Below are positions 37,776 to 49,970 of a DNA stretch of 64,000 bases, one piece after another. Source of the DNA: Catajapyx aquilonaris (lineage: Eukaryota). Position 1 is the stretch's first letter. Each line of letters opens with the position of its first letter. The notes beneath the pieces are model-generated. The model was given only the letters and a program-made list of their open reading frames with translations. It was not told the DNA's origin and did no database searches. The position numbers and the translations under genes are program-made. The DNA is taken from positions 1 to 64,000 of the forward strand of contig KZ538017.1 in the NCBI GenBank assembly GCA_000934665.2, in the 5' to 3' direction.

Positions 37776-38010
37776 CAGAGCTGGGCAAGCTAACCGTAAT
37801 TTTTAGCTCAGCTAACTTCCGCTAACAGCTAATTCGGTTAGTAAACCGTGGGCGGAGCTAAATTGCTAATGATAAACAGCTAGAATGATTAGGGGGGGGG
37901 GNGGGGGTTCCACTAACCTTTCTAGCTGTTAAGCATTAAGGATTTGGTGATGTCCATGGTTTTGCTGACCAAGTTAGCTGTTATCGAAAGTTAGCTGTGC
38001 CCACCTCTGC
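37776..38010. mobile_element. hAT-type MITE with 8-bp target-site duplication
   Basis: TIRs CAGAGCTGGGCA / TGCCCACCTCTG; CCGACATG on both flanks (37768-37775, 38011-38018). Confidence 0.8.
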
Positions 38011-41000
38011 CCGACATGTTGCCAAGCTTTGTTTGCTCACCGTGTGATCTCGGCAATGCAGCGTTGCCGTCTTCGAGTAAAATGTTCCGATCTCATTCTC
38101 TCTTCCTTTTCGGACGGAACAAGTGCATGACTGATGACTTGTGAACATATCTGTCGCTCTACTTACTGTGGTACCCTTGTAAAATGCGGATGGATATTAT
38201 AAAAAGGAAAGCGGTGGCATCTATTTTGAATCCCGCAACACCACCAACTGGTTTTTTAATCTCGATTTTAAATCCCACTTTTATAGCTCATCAACATTGC
38301 GCCTTTTTTTCTATAATAACACCCGTTTCAGAAGGCTTCTGCAGACGGTACTGGTATCTCCGTGGTCCGGTAAGTGTCTTTCGTCATATATTCAAAAGGG
38401 CGGGGGCATGTCAGCATTCAGAGAGTGGCAATTACAATAATGGCAAGGGTGCTTTCTGCCCAGAAGGAAAAATTGTCGCGTGTAATAATTATTTTATGGT
38501 TCGTCGAGATAAAAGTGTCGTACCCTGGAGCGCTGGAGGCGTTAGACTCTCTCCAGATTGCAGGCTATTTCTTTACGACTATTGCATGTCTTTGCACTGA
38601 AAATAGCGACGATATTTAGTGCAGATTTTTCCACCTTCTTATTTTCATCACAATGACAGGCGGTACGACAATTATTGTAAGAGGGCCTTCAACTATTGCT
38701 CAACCTGATATTGTAGCAACAGGAAACTCGAGACTTATTGGAGACCTTGAGACCTTTGATTGCAACCCGTTGCCTTATACCTTCCGGCCAATAAAACACT
38801 GCGAAAGACGACAGGCATGAATAACTGATCGCCCTTTGTTGTAATTGCGGTAATAAAAGTGCGAGATAATTCATCCAGACTCGACATGTCCGTGTGTGTG
38901 AGAGAGATCCTGATTGTTGGTTTGGATTAACTGCCAACTGGAACCGGAAGTGTGTCCTGTCCAGGACAGTTTCCGGACGTTTCTGCGATCTTGTCCGGAG
39001 TGTGAGACCAATTTCAGCTCGACCAGTAGACTTGGGCTCCGGGGGAATCGTATATCTTCAAAGTGGTCATGGTTTCCCCTCTTGACATCCTGGGTAGTGC
39101 CTGTTACATACCCTGAAGCAGCCATGCACTGTGTGATGATGCGCTCTATTATATACCCCCTTTTCCGACTACTCTCTGCTGGTCCCATCTCCAGGCGCCT
39201 GGAAAAGCCTGGAGCACTTTTCCAGGGTTTATTAGGCTATGTCGAGTCTCCGGAAGAAGGGATTCCGGATAAGGAGCTCTCAAGGTCCACTCGACGGATT
39301 TACACCCGGATATAAAAAAGTGCACTCTGTATGTCAAGGTTCGCAGATTGGCGATGTAAGTGTCATAGGCTGTATTTACATATGCGCAATGCTATAGATT
39401 TCAGCGAACCTACCATATAGAGAGCTTACCAGGTATCATTGATAATGCCAACCCTGCGAGCTGCGCGGACTGTGGTGCGCACTAGGTTGTGCTCATTTTT
39501 AAAATGATCCGCAATTATTCGAGTAACGAGGCTGCGTCGTAGGGCAAATAACATAAAGCGATGTTCTAATCAGTTCACCTTAGAAGTTTGTCTATACTCA
39601 TTATGACACTTTGTGCAGAGGGCGCCTTTAGCAACACAAGAAATCGCGACTAATTGTTGCGGATAAGCTGTCTTCATGTGACGGATGCAAATGAGGCGAT
39701 AATCCGAGAAATACGATAGTGGCCCCCATTTACACGATAGAACCTGATAGTCTTCCTGGTTCAGCCAGCTTTTGTTACGACCTGCGACTGGAGAGAACTA
39801 TAAGACCGTAACGAGCTCAGCGGGTCAAGGTCTGGCACGTGTCCTGGAGAAAATGCCTATATATAGACACGTGTCGCGACTTATGGTCTCGGATAGGACC
39901 TGAAAGTCTTCTCGGCTGTTATAATGGGAAGCATTCAGTCATCTCGAGCAGGGTGTGTTGCATACCCTTCAGCGACTTGTCTCAACTGGTTTACCCGAGA
40001 TGTATTGCTTCAGACTTTGCCAACTTCAGGCACTTGGGATTCATTCCGTTCTGACAGGGATTAAGCCGAGTCGCGTCATCCGGATATGCCAGAGAGGCAC
40101 GTCGTAAAAATGTGCCCGTAACAACAGCAGCGGTAACAAATAAATACGGAGCCTATACGTGTACATACTCGAAACGGTAATGTCATCGGTTACCGTTTCA
40201 TGCGGAATAATATTTGCGAGCAGGGAAAAAAAATGCTGGCAATTTCCGGCACTCGACCTTGGCATATTCCTTCCTGCAGCATGAAACCATAAAACAAAAA
40301 AGGCATAGTTGTCAGGGGTCAAACCCACCCCCTTCCTATATCCATCTCAAGGATCGCATATTTGGGGGGGGGGGGGGGTGACTCGTANGGTGACTCGTAG
40401 GCGAATTTTTAAAACTGTGTTGGCCCACAAAAGTGCGAAAAAAAATTCCGAGTTGCAAAAAATTCGATGTGTAGAGCTGTAGCGTGGATGTGATAGATAC
40501 AATTAATTCATTTGCCACAGCGAGTGGCTGTTTGTACAAGGTGGAAAAGAGAAGATTTGACCCGAATTTATGGCGGGGAGTTTCCGGGGAATAAATTTTG
40601 CAACCTAATGAGCAAAAAAGAGGGGGGGGGGCGGTTACTATTTGCGCGAATGAATCAATCTATTCGCCACATCACAGGGCTTGCGAAAAGTCACGCGGGT
40701 TTCAACCCTGCAAAATATCGCGAATTTTTGTAGCTACTGTAGTTTGCTTTTTTTAAATTTAAAAAAAAACACCCTTTTCCCTCCCGAGGAGCAGCTACAA
40801 ATAACCGCTCTTTTTTTATGTCGATGCTGCTGAGTATAATACCGGGGCCGATATTGGCTCATTACTTTCATGATCCGCATGTATAGGTACTGTGTAATGG
40901 TTCGAAAAGAGTATAAGGTGCTACTAATCCCAGTTTTTTGGAGGGGTGAAAAATGAGCGAGATGGTGAAGGATGAAGAGCATTCTGTACAACCCCCCTAG

Positions 41001-42205
41001 GGTGTTTGATGACCGGTGTTTTATGCCGCGATGTTTATTAATCCTGGGCTCCCAGCGCCGCAGTATCATGCAAGTTGCCTGCTTTTGATAAAAGAGTCCA
41101 ATTAATGCGCAGGACCGCAAACTATAGGGGCTACTCGTGTTCGCCTCTAGAAGGCCTCGTTATAATACCCCCAACTCTGATGATGGAAGCGATACTCGAC
41201 GCCCGCGTATTATATTATTAGTCTAAAGGCGTCGTATCCGATCAGCGACAGTCGTTTACACAAGCGAAAAGCTGGCAACACCGCTGATGACTCACCCCGG
41301 ACACTACATAGCCGCTAAAGCGCAGCTGCTATTATAGCAGCGAGCGGATAATGCGTTGAGCGAGCGTGTGAACCGCAGTTGGCACGACCACTCTTGTCCA
41401 GCCGACCGGTCCAAAACTCGCAGCACGTGTTGCGAACTCTTGGAATTGAATTGAAAAGAGCCATTGGTCCAGTGCAGCCTCCTACAAAAAAATTATGATC
41501 TCGTGGATGGAGGCCGCGATATAATGAGACCCGCTTCGTGCATGCACACCGATTATATACACTTTGTTCGTACCCCTGTGTGACCACTCGTTGCGAACAC
41601 TAACCGGGTTTGGTACGCTTCAAATAGAATTTTAAACTAAAATTGGTCAGTTTGAAAAGGCAAATGTTACGGTTAGTGAATCCCTTTTTGTTTGACTAAT
41701 TGGCGCATCAATTAGCACCCTCGCTTACTATAACTTTGCATGTTGAAATATTGGCAACGTTGGCAGTAGATAGGCTATTAAGAATTTGAAGCATCTACAG
41801 CCTGGTCTTTGATCAGCGTCGCCTCTCAGAGTAAGTTGATGTCATGCTTTGAAAACATGTCGCGATGTCAATATTGGCAAACCACATCAGTCATGCGCCA
41901 GGTCATGCACATGCAATGTTGCATATACCTCTCACTATTTATCTGTGGGGCATGTAACTCCAGACTGAAGCGGACCTTGCCAAAAATGAGTCGCATTTGG
42001 CCAATCTGCATATAACGTTATTTGCTACACAAACTAACCCCATTAAAATCCGCGACGAATGCCCTGGCCAATATTTGCCGGCTTATGAATATCAGGCGGA
42101 GGAAAGAATGCTAATCCTTCATCTCCTGTATCCATCCATCCATCTCTCAGTCGCCGTCACATGCTTTTGTTGAAGAGATGGTAGGGGAAAATGTGTTTGG
42201 ATATA

Positions 42206-42412
42206 CTGGGTGGACCAACTTCAAGTGTCGTTTTATAACGGCTATTAATAGAAGCGCTTTAGATTGACGTAGCAGCGGCGTGTAAAAAGGTCTACTTCGA
42301 TGGCGCCGAAGCTTGGCCGAAGTGGGACATTTTACACGTCGCTGCTACGTCATCGCAAAATCACTGCTCTTAATCGCCGTTATAAAACGACACTTGAAGT
42401 TGGTCCACCCTG
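42206..42412. mobile_element. Tc1/mariner-type MITE family A, copy 4 (207 bp)
   Basis: Same TIRs and length, TA flanks. Confidence 0.9.
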
Positions 42413-43296
42413 TATAGTTGTGCATCACTCCAACCATTAGCCTCGATACATTCTGAAAGGAAAAGATGGCGGGGGGTGAATGCGGTTGCCACACCCTTGA
42501 AAAGAAATTATAGAGGGCAGCAGCTCCGATGCCACTCACACCAAAGCGACCTGGTAGCAAAGCCACAGTAACGTTTGTTGGCACGGTGCGGACAGTTGGC
42601 GGCGGATACACAACCCACAACGCTCGGAGGTAACTAAAAATTATGCGACTGACCGTGCCTGGCAGCGCCTCAAATCAGTACTTAAGGTTACCCAAAAGCC
42701 ATACAGATGACACCAATGGGCTGTGTTGATCTTAATCGGCGTCCAGCGCGTCAATATTGGGCGTCAATTAAGGGGGGCGGTGCGTGAGGGTTTGTTTGAT
42801 GACAGCGTTAAAACACAATCCTAATTGAGCTGCAGCTCGGACCGTATTTGAATTGCAAATGTTTTATATTTTTGGCGAAACGCAGACTTAATGTCCACTC
42901 GTCAGCTGCTTTTTATGGCTCGTTTTATAACCTAGGGCGAAAAAAATACCAAATTAGCGAATTACTGTGTAACAAAGCTTCGGTTGTTTTTTTTCACGAG
43001 GATGATGGTATGCAAATATTTTGCGAGTTGTCTTTTGTCTTCCGGAAGGTGAGCTGTACAAAGGGGCTCTCTCCATTGTGCCACCCAAATTATGCAATGG
43101 CCCCACTTGGTTTGCTTAAGTGCCTGTACCTACACGCCACTTAAACCCTCGTAGGTACAGTACACTACAGTGCAGAGCATTGTCCTCTCGAATGAATCGA
43201 CGCAATAGTTGAGCGAGACTTTGCTCAATTTCGTACTTGGAGCGTCATTATGCAAGTTTAATAACTCCCTGTTAATTTTCGGCTACGTAATAGTTT

Positions 43297-43544
43297 AAAT
43301 CATAATATTGCGCAAATTGGAATTTATGGCACGGTAACCTCCTAACGGCTATTATACAGCGCTACGTTAGGAATGACCAAATCGGCGTTGCCACATGTCA
43401 TAATTTCAATAAACTTTAGCTCGTTTATTGAAATTATGACACATGTGGCAACACCGATTTGGTCATTCCTAACGTAGCAGTGTATAATAGCCGTTAGGAG
43501 GTTACCGTGCCATAAATTCCAATTTGCGCAATATTATATGATTT
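43297..43544. repeat. Near-perfect ~250 bp palindrome (foldback element)
   Basis: Arms of about 118 bp separated by the 8-nt spacer TTTAGCTC. Confidence 0.93.
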
Positions 43545-45229
43545 CGTGGCCCTTCCGAAGAACGTGTTCTGCTGCTAGTATACGCAACGAATGAGTGTGT
43601 GTAAATTAATAAAAAGTGAGGGACCGATCCTCTGGGAGTATGCAGCCCAATGGTGGACCATTGGGTTCGAAAGTGTGCTGCGTCGTGACTTTTGGTCAAA
43701 ATGGGGGCCGGTTCCACTCCGAAGGGTTCGATGTCGTCCACACGTATTTACGAGAATAGCTCGTAAAAGAGAGTATGTCGACGAGTCGGGATGGGTATAG
43801 GTTGGGGGAAGGTCAAGAGATAGACTGTGAGAGAAGAAAGGCGAAGTTGCCAGGAATAAGTGCCTCGAATAACTGTACATACTGTATAGAAGGCAATTTG
43901 TGCCAGGTAAGCAAATCATTGCCATAATACTCGCTGTATATTTTTAACTATGAAAGGAACCGTAATTGGACTCGTAAGAGACGCAATTAGAATGGGCCAA
44001 ATTGCACCACTTGCATCGGGTCATTTGACCGCACCTCCTACCACCACGGCTATAGACTCGAAAGTGTCTCCATGCAGTTTCGCAACAGACTGAACAGAGG
44101 TTAGGTCGGCACAAAACCGCTGCAAATGTGAGTATACCATACAGTTCTGAGAAAAGGAGAAATTCGGTGGACCTCCTGTCGCCTTCTGGTCTGTCGCGCT
44201 TGTCACTTTCCTTCGGCGTCAATCAAGTAGCCCGTGAAAAAGGTCGCCGGCTTATGTTTACACCTCACGGCCTGTCCTCTTATAACGGGATTGGACAGGC
44301 CCCAGCCAGCCTCCTGGGACACATCTCTGCCAAAAACAGCCCGAAACGGGACACGTCCTCTGTACAAACGGTAAGTGGCGCATAATTAGCAACCAATCAG
44401 TCAAGTAATGAGACGAATCGTCGTACAGGGTCGCGCTTTTATTTACCTTTGAAAACAAGGAGAGATGGCTATTGGAAGCGCAGCAGTTGTGTTTGGTTAA
44501 GCGAGACGAAATGCGATTCCGGACGATATTGGAGCCTGATCTCTGGACCAGAAAGTCTCCCCCGAGTCTGTTGGCAGGAAGGAAGCCTTATATCCAAAAC
44601 CTGAGTCATGCAAATAAGCAACGTCCTGTCGAGCAGGGGAAAGGAATGTTGATTAAGTTCAATCGAGCATGATCACTTACTCGAAATACGCGGATTCTAT
44701 TCAAAAAATTTCGTATAAAATGCGTGTAATTATTAGTGGGAGTGAAACTTTGTAGAGGATATTCGTACTCGGGTTGATTTTTTTTGTTTTTTTTGCTTGG
44801 TAAGTGCTGCACTTTAGCCCCTTCCCATATACGCCAGATAATAAGGGCGGGTCCGATGCAATATGGCTTGATGTGCCTTGCAGCGCCCGCAACACACTCT
44901 CGCTCCAACGCCCCTCGTAATATACATCTATAGGCGAGGCTATTATTAGTCGCCTATACCCCCTCTTGCTCTATACATGTTTCACGGAAAGATGGGCTTT
45001 ACTATTTTATCAAAGCGTCGCCACCTATGTGAAGGCCCAGTCCTGGACATTAATGGTGTCGTACTGGTGACGCCACTAGCCATTGGCGGAAAAAGAGCGA
45101 ATCTGCCCTCCGGATGACCACCTTCATTTGATCGAATTTAGTCATCCGGAGGGCAGATTTCGATTCGCTCTTTTGCCGCCAACGGCTCGTGGCGCCACCA
45201 GTAATGTCCGGCAGTGTTGCCAAGTTTAT

Positions 45230-45511
45230 TATTGTGCGATTCACAAGTCCTGGCCTGTTAGGCTCCTCCCCCGTCCTCCGCCCTCTGAAGGCGAGGTTGC
45301 CACGTCCGCCATGGCCTCACACGCCTGCCAGGAGGATGGGGGAGAGCACTTGGCAGCAGTGGATCGCATTGGGGGGGACAACCAGGCCTGGAAATACGAC
45401 GAACCACCTATACCTTGTTGAGACCTAATTCCAGGCCTGATTTCTTCCGCCGCTGACGTTGGGAGGAAGTGGGTGGAGCCTAACAGGCCAGGACTCGTGA
45501 ATCGCATAATA
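45230..45511. mobile_element. MITE family B, copy 1
   Basis: TIR TTATGCGATTCACGAGTCCTGGCCTGTTAGGCTCC, TA flanks; near-identical inverted copy at 52945-53272. Confidence 0.88.
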
Positions 45512-46598
45512 TGTGCACTTTATGTTGGAATAATTATCTGTGGACACAGCACCATGTGGTTAAGTTTATGTGGCCGCTGTGGTTCATTACTGGGCTGGAG
45601 TCGTAAAAGTTTGTACCGTATAAAACAAGTGGTCTCGGATGTGTGTAAGTACTACTGTAGGGGGGTGGGAGGGACACACGAGGGGCGTGGTCGAGACATA
45701 AAAAAACCTTTACCCGGAAGAGGAAGGGGCCAAGTGGGACACTCCCTTCTCTCTTCTTATTGCTGGTTAGATATTATATTGGACCCGCAGCGGACACTAA
45801 CGGATATCCAGGACTTAATTTTGCGCTGCCGGAATCAAAATTTAAAAAGCGTGGGGGTCTGCAGGGATTTACAGACCTTCGAATGGTCACCACTTAAACC
45901 GTGTAATTTACACTAATTCAGACCCTCGTTCGGTTTTACGATCCTCTTAAAACTCTTTTTTTTTTTTTCATCGCGCCTCATTGCGCTGTAACTGACTGTA
46001 CGAAATCCATTGCGACTCACCCTGTATCGCCTGCTCATTATCGGCAAATGAAGCACCGTTTTACGATCCCGGTTAAAAGAAAAGATTAAAAGCGATCGGG
46101 CTAAACTGAAATCCCGGATTTTAAGTAGGAGACTGGTATATTAAAACCGGATGATAAACGGGGTCTATTCCTAGAAACGTTTCTTTTTTTTCCCCAACAA
46201 TAATGCGAGGGACACGCGAGCTTAACGGGACATAAATCACTCGCTTTTTTATTACGCTTCCTGTTTAATCTGCGTACACAGTTGGACGCACACGCACGTT
46301 AAATGGGACACACACGGATTCGTACGTTACGTAATAAGATAAATCGAGCGCCATTTTCTGTAAGACGAGTGGTGTCCCGATTCCTGCCGAGTTAATCCGG
46401 ACACTTTAATCCGGGGAGGTGTCCCGTCTGTGGAAATGGGACAGAGACGGATTGGTTCTTGCTTTATTTTTCACTCCGAGGTTTTTGTTTGGGACAGATT
46501 GTGCAGCCAGCAATGAATGGACCTACTCGGGGGGGTCTCTCTTTGAATGGATGGGTCGCTTTAAAGAGATTGATCGAGGGGAAGGGGGGGGGGGGGGG

Positions 46599-46733
46599 NN
46601 NNNNNNNNNNNNNNNNNNNNNNNNNNNNNNNNNNNNNNNNNNNNNNNNNNNNNNNNNNNNNNNNNNNNNNNNNNNNNNNNNNNNNNNNNNNNNNNNNNNN
46701 NNNNNNNNNNNNNNNNNNNNNNNNNNNNNNNNN
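46599..46733. other. Assembly gap after poly-G; (TA)n follows at 46795-46850
   Basis: Run of N. Confidence 0.99.
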
Positions 46734-46792
46734 GCAATTCCGAGATAATTGTGCGAAAAAATGTGTTCCGCAACTCTTCGTGACCGTCGAGC

Positions 46793-46855
<63 letters not shown>

Positions 46856-48954
46856 CGAGAATGTCTATAGAGGCCTAACCATATTATGCGAAGGAAGTTC
46901 CAATTCCTTCAAATAGAAACGGTGATCAAAGTGATGCTAATTGCCCCCCATCTGGGCTTCTAAGATGGAAATGAAGGAAAGTAATTAAAGACACCAAGTT
47001 AGTTGAACACCACCTGGAATTCAATAGACATTATCTGCATGTATACAGTGTGAAGGAAAAGTACAGGCTGGAGTGTCATTAAAGTACAAAAAAAAGTCGG
47101 GTGATAAGTTATTTATTTATTTATTTTACCCCGTTACAGGCCTGGTGATAGGCTATATTTTGTAAGTGTGGCGTTTTAGAAGCTGCAAAAAAATTGCGTG
47201 CAAAAGATAAGCGCATGTGCTCTGGTGGCCTATAATGAGATCGGAGCCTATTATATCCGTGGATCCCTGGTTTTGACAACCTGTCCCAAAAGTTTTTCTT
47301 GGCCCGCCTGGAATCCTCCCGAGTCTATTATTTCGGAGGCTATAATTGGTTGTCACCTTTCCCTTCATCGACGTCTGGTGTCGTCGTCGTTCATCACTCG
47401 GTCGTCGACATAGTGTTCTCCAATTACTCTCGGTTAGTCGAGAGCGCGTCTCGATCGCGTTTCGGACGTTTCATCCCCCGGAACTTAATCCGGTGGACTC
47501 CGGAATGACAAATCCAATCATAGCTTGTGTAGCTGCGCCTAACAGACGGAATTATCCGGAGGGGCTGTGCTTGTGGTTGTTGTCATCATCCGGAGCTTCT
47601 ATTTTCCAGGAATAATCCGGGACTTTTGCCCGTCCGGATAATCATTTTGTTTTTCCCGCAATCAGCTCCAAATCATCCCAATTTGGAAGCCAAGAAATCC
47701 ACTCGCATTTTCAATTGTTTTTTTCTCATTGTTGTTCCGGACAAAACTATTTTTGTCTACACTTCTCCGAAAAATTACGTTACACGGAACACTCTACAGG
47801 TTTCCGGTGCTGTGCTTTGAAGCCAGATATGTTTGCCACGGAAAAACCGGTGCTATAAAATGGACTATAAAAACGTCGCACATTTTACGCGCTCCAAATA
47901 GCCTCGAGATATTGGATTTTTTTTTTTTTTTGCAGAATCCGAAAATCTTAACTGATGACAATATTAATCGGGCTTCTTTTTATTATTTAACAAAAATTAT
48001 CTCCATAGACATGCCTATCGATAGTACAGAGAGTGCTGTACTATAAAAGGGGGGGGGTTGGCAAAGACTATCGATTGATTGATCGTGCCTTGGATCGTGC
48101 CCCCTTTTTTCTTTGCCGGATAAATTAATTGGGCGCGAATAAGTGCCTGGTTATCGACTACCGGAAGAGTGGCTATGGTACAGGGTGTACCATCGGCAAA
48201 ACTTTATCTTATGTACTGTATATAAAATGAAAAGTTTGTCGGTATGCGCCACCTTGATGACGTCACCATGGACAAACGGAGTCGCAGACCCGAGCCATAG
48301 TGGCAGAGGGCGAATTTCGAGGCTGGAATTGGCCAGAATGTGGACAGAGATGTATGAAATGGACCGAGGATGGATGCTGGGGTGGGGGAAGCGGAGGAGA
48401 AAAATGGTTGGTTAGGAGGCAGTGACACGACCCCTAGTTTTTCCTTCACGCCCGGTGCCAAATATAATGAAGGCATATCTCTCTCTCTGATGGCATCAAA
48501 TGAGGCGTTGCCAAGTTGGCGGACGATGAGGCTTTTATAACCAGGTTAACCCCGGTCGCATCTAAGTTCCTCCCATACACGTAGCCTGAGAGGAAAACCT
48601 TGCCAATTTTTGAGAGGCTAATGCGATAATCAGAATCCGAGGAGAGCCTTGCGAATTCTTCATTTTTTCTTTCTGCCTTCTCGGCTTAATCGCATTCCCG
48701 TCTGCACGTAACCCAGGGAAATGTGGCCTGCCATTGATCAAACATGGCCTCTAGCCAGGATGTACTCCGGCTTTATTTAAATGTAGTTTTATGAATATAA
48801 GGCCCCGGTTTTTAATTAGCTGCCCTGCAGGCTACTTCCGATTCAGACGATTTTTATGCCGGATCGATCCGACTATACGTTCTTTGGGTTTTCAAAGGAG
48901 CCTCTTTCATGCATTTAGGAGGGCTGCCTCTATATAGTCTACTGACGCTGCTAT

Positions 48955-49170
48955 AGAGAGTCTATAGTTTAAAGAAAAGGGGGACGCTTGTGACGTCGCA
49001 CCAAGGCGGGATCAGGAATCATTTCCGGTCTAGTTCCTTCGGGAAACAAATTGCGAATCGCGGCTGACCACTCTCATCAGCTTGAAAAACCCTTGGCAAA
49101 ACCAACTAAAATCATTCGGTTTGAACCTCCCGCCTCGCACTAATCAATCTGGCTAAAAAGCAGCTACGGT
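48955..49170 (+). repeat. Dispersed ~200 bp repeat; direct copy at 50985-51185, fragment near 63065
   Basis: GAGTCTATAGTTTAAAGAAAA.GGGGACGC.TGTGACGTCGCACCAAGGCGG...AATCAATCTGGCTAAAAAGCAGCT in both copies. Confidence 0.88.
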
Positions 49171-49486
49171 TGCTCTTTGTAACCGATTTACAAAAAAGCA
49201 TTGCAAATATCAACACACGGTATACAATGATTGAAATTATTACAGTTCAATTGGGACATGTAACTACACGGTAACTACGGCAATGGCGGTAACCATGTTG
49301 ACTTGTCTCCATAGGCGTGGAGTTTGTTGATTCCCAGTTGCCCTCAGCTTGTTGACACCGCTGGGGTCATTCGGCATCAGAGTCTCTTGTAGGTCGGACG
49401 CATCGAACGATCGCTCCTGCCCTGAACGCAATAACCTTTGACCTCAGCTAGTCCCCGTGGTTTATTAGCTCTGACGAAAGGGAAGG

Positions 49487-49970
49487 ATGGACCTCCGCCT
49501 GGTGCTGATCCTGGGCCTGGTGGTGTGCAGCCTGGTGCCTCATGGGGCCATGGGCCAGGACGATCCGCCTGCTGAAGGGGGGGGGGACGCCGCAACAACT
49601 GGGGCACCCGGTGGAGGAGGAGGAGGTGGAGGAGGTGCGGGCACCACCGCCCAACCCAGGAAGACCACAGCCGCAAAGGGACGCATCCTGGGTGAGTACA
49701 GTACACAGTACACAGTACACCATACTTCTTCTTGTTCCAAACAAACCCACCCACCCGTTGCCATTGGACACACGCCCAATTGTTTTTTTTTGGGGGGGGG
49801 GGGTGGGTTGTTTACCACCATTGTTTACGATACAACGCCCCTCCCCCTATAATATGTTGTTGTTCCAACTCATTGTTGCAGTCCCACCTTCCTGCTCCAT
49901 GGTGATCCTGACCGGCTTCCTGGTGACCGTCCCTGCCGCCGTCCTGATGACCAAGCGTCATCTCTTCTAA
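49487..49970 (+). CDS. Two-exon 97-aa Gly/Thr/Pro-rich protein with signal peptide and C-terminal hydrophobic anchor
   Basis: Exon 1 49487-49691 (MDLRLVLILGLVVCSLVPHGAMG-QDDPP...; G|GTGAGT). Exon 2 49882-49970 after TTGCAG (VPPSCSMVILTGFLVTVPAAVLMTKRHLF*). Phase 1, GC3-rich codons. Confidence 0.82.

Noticed and set aside
38184..39337. Cluster of 100-138 aa ORFs
   Set aside because: No recognisable motifs, consistent splice structure or codon bias.
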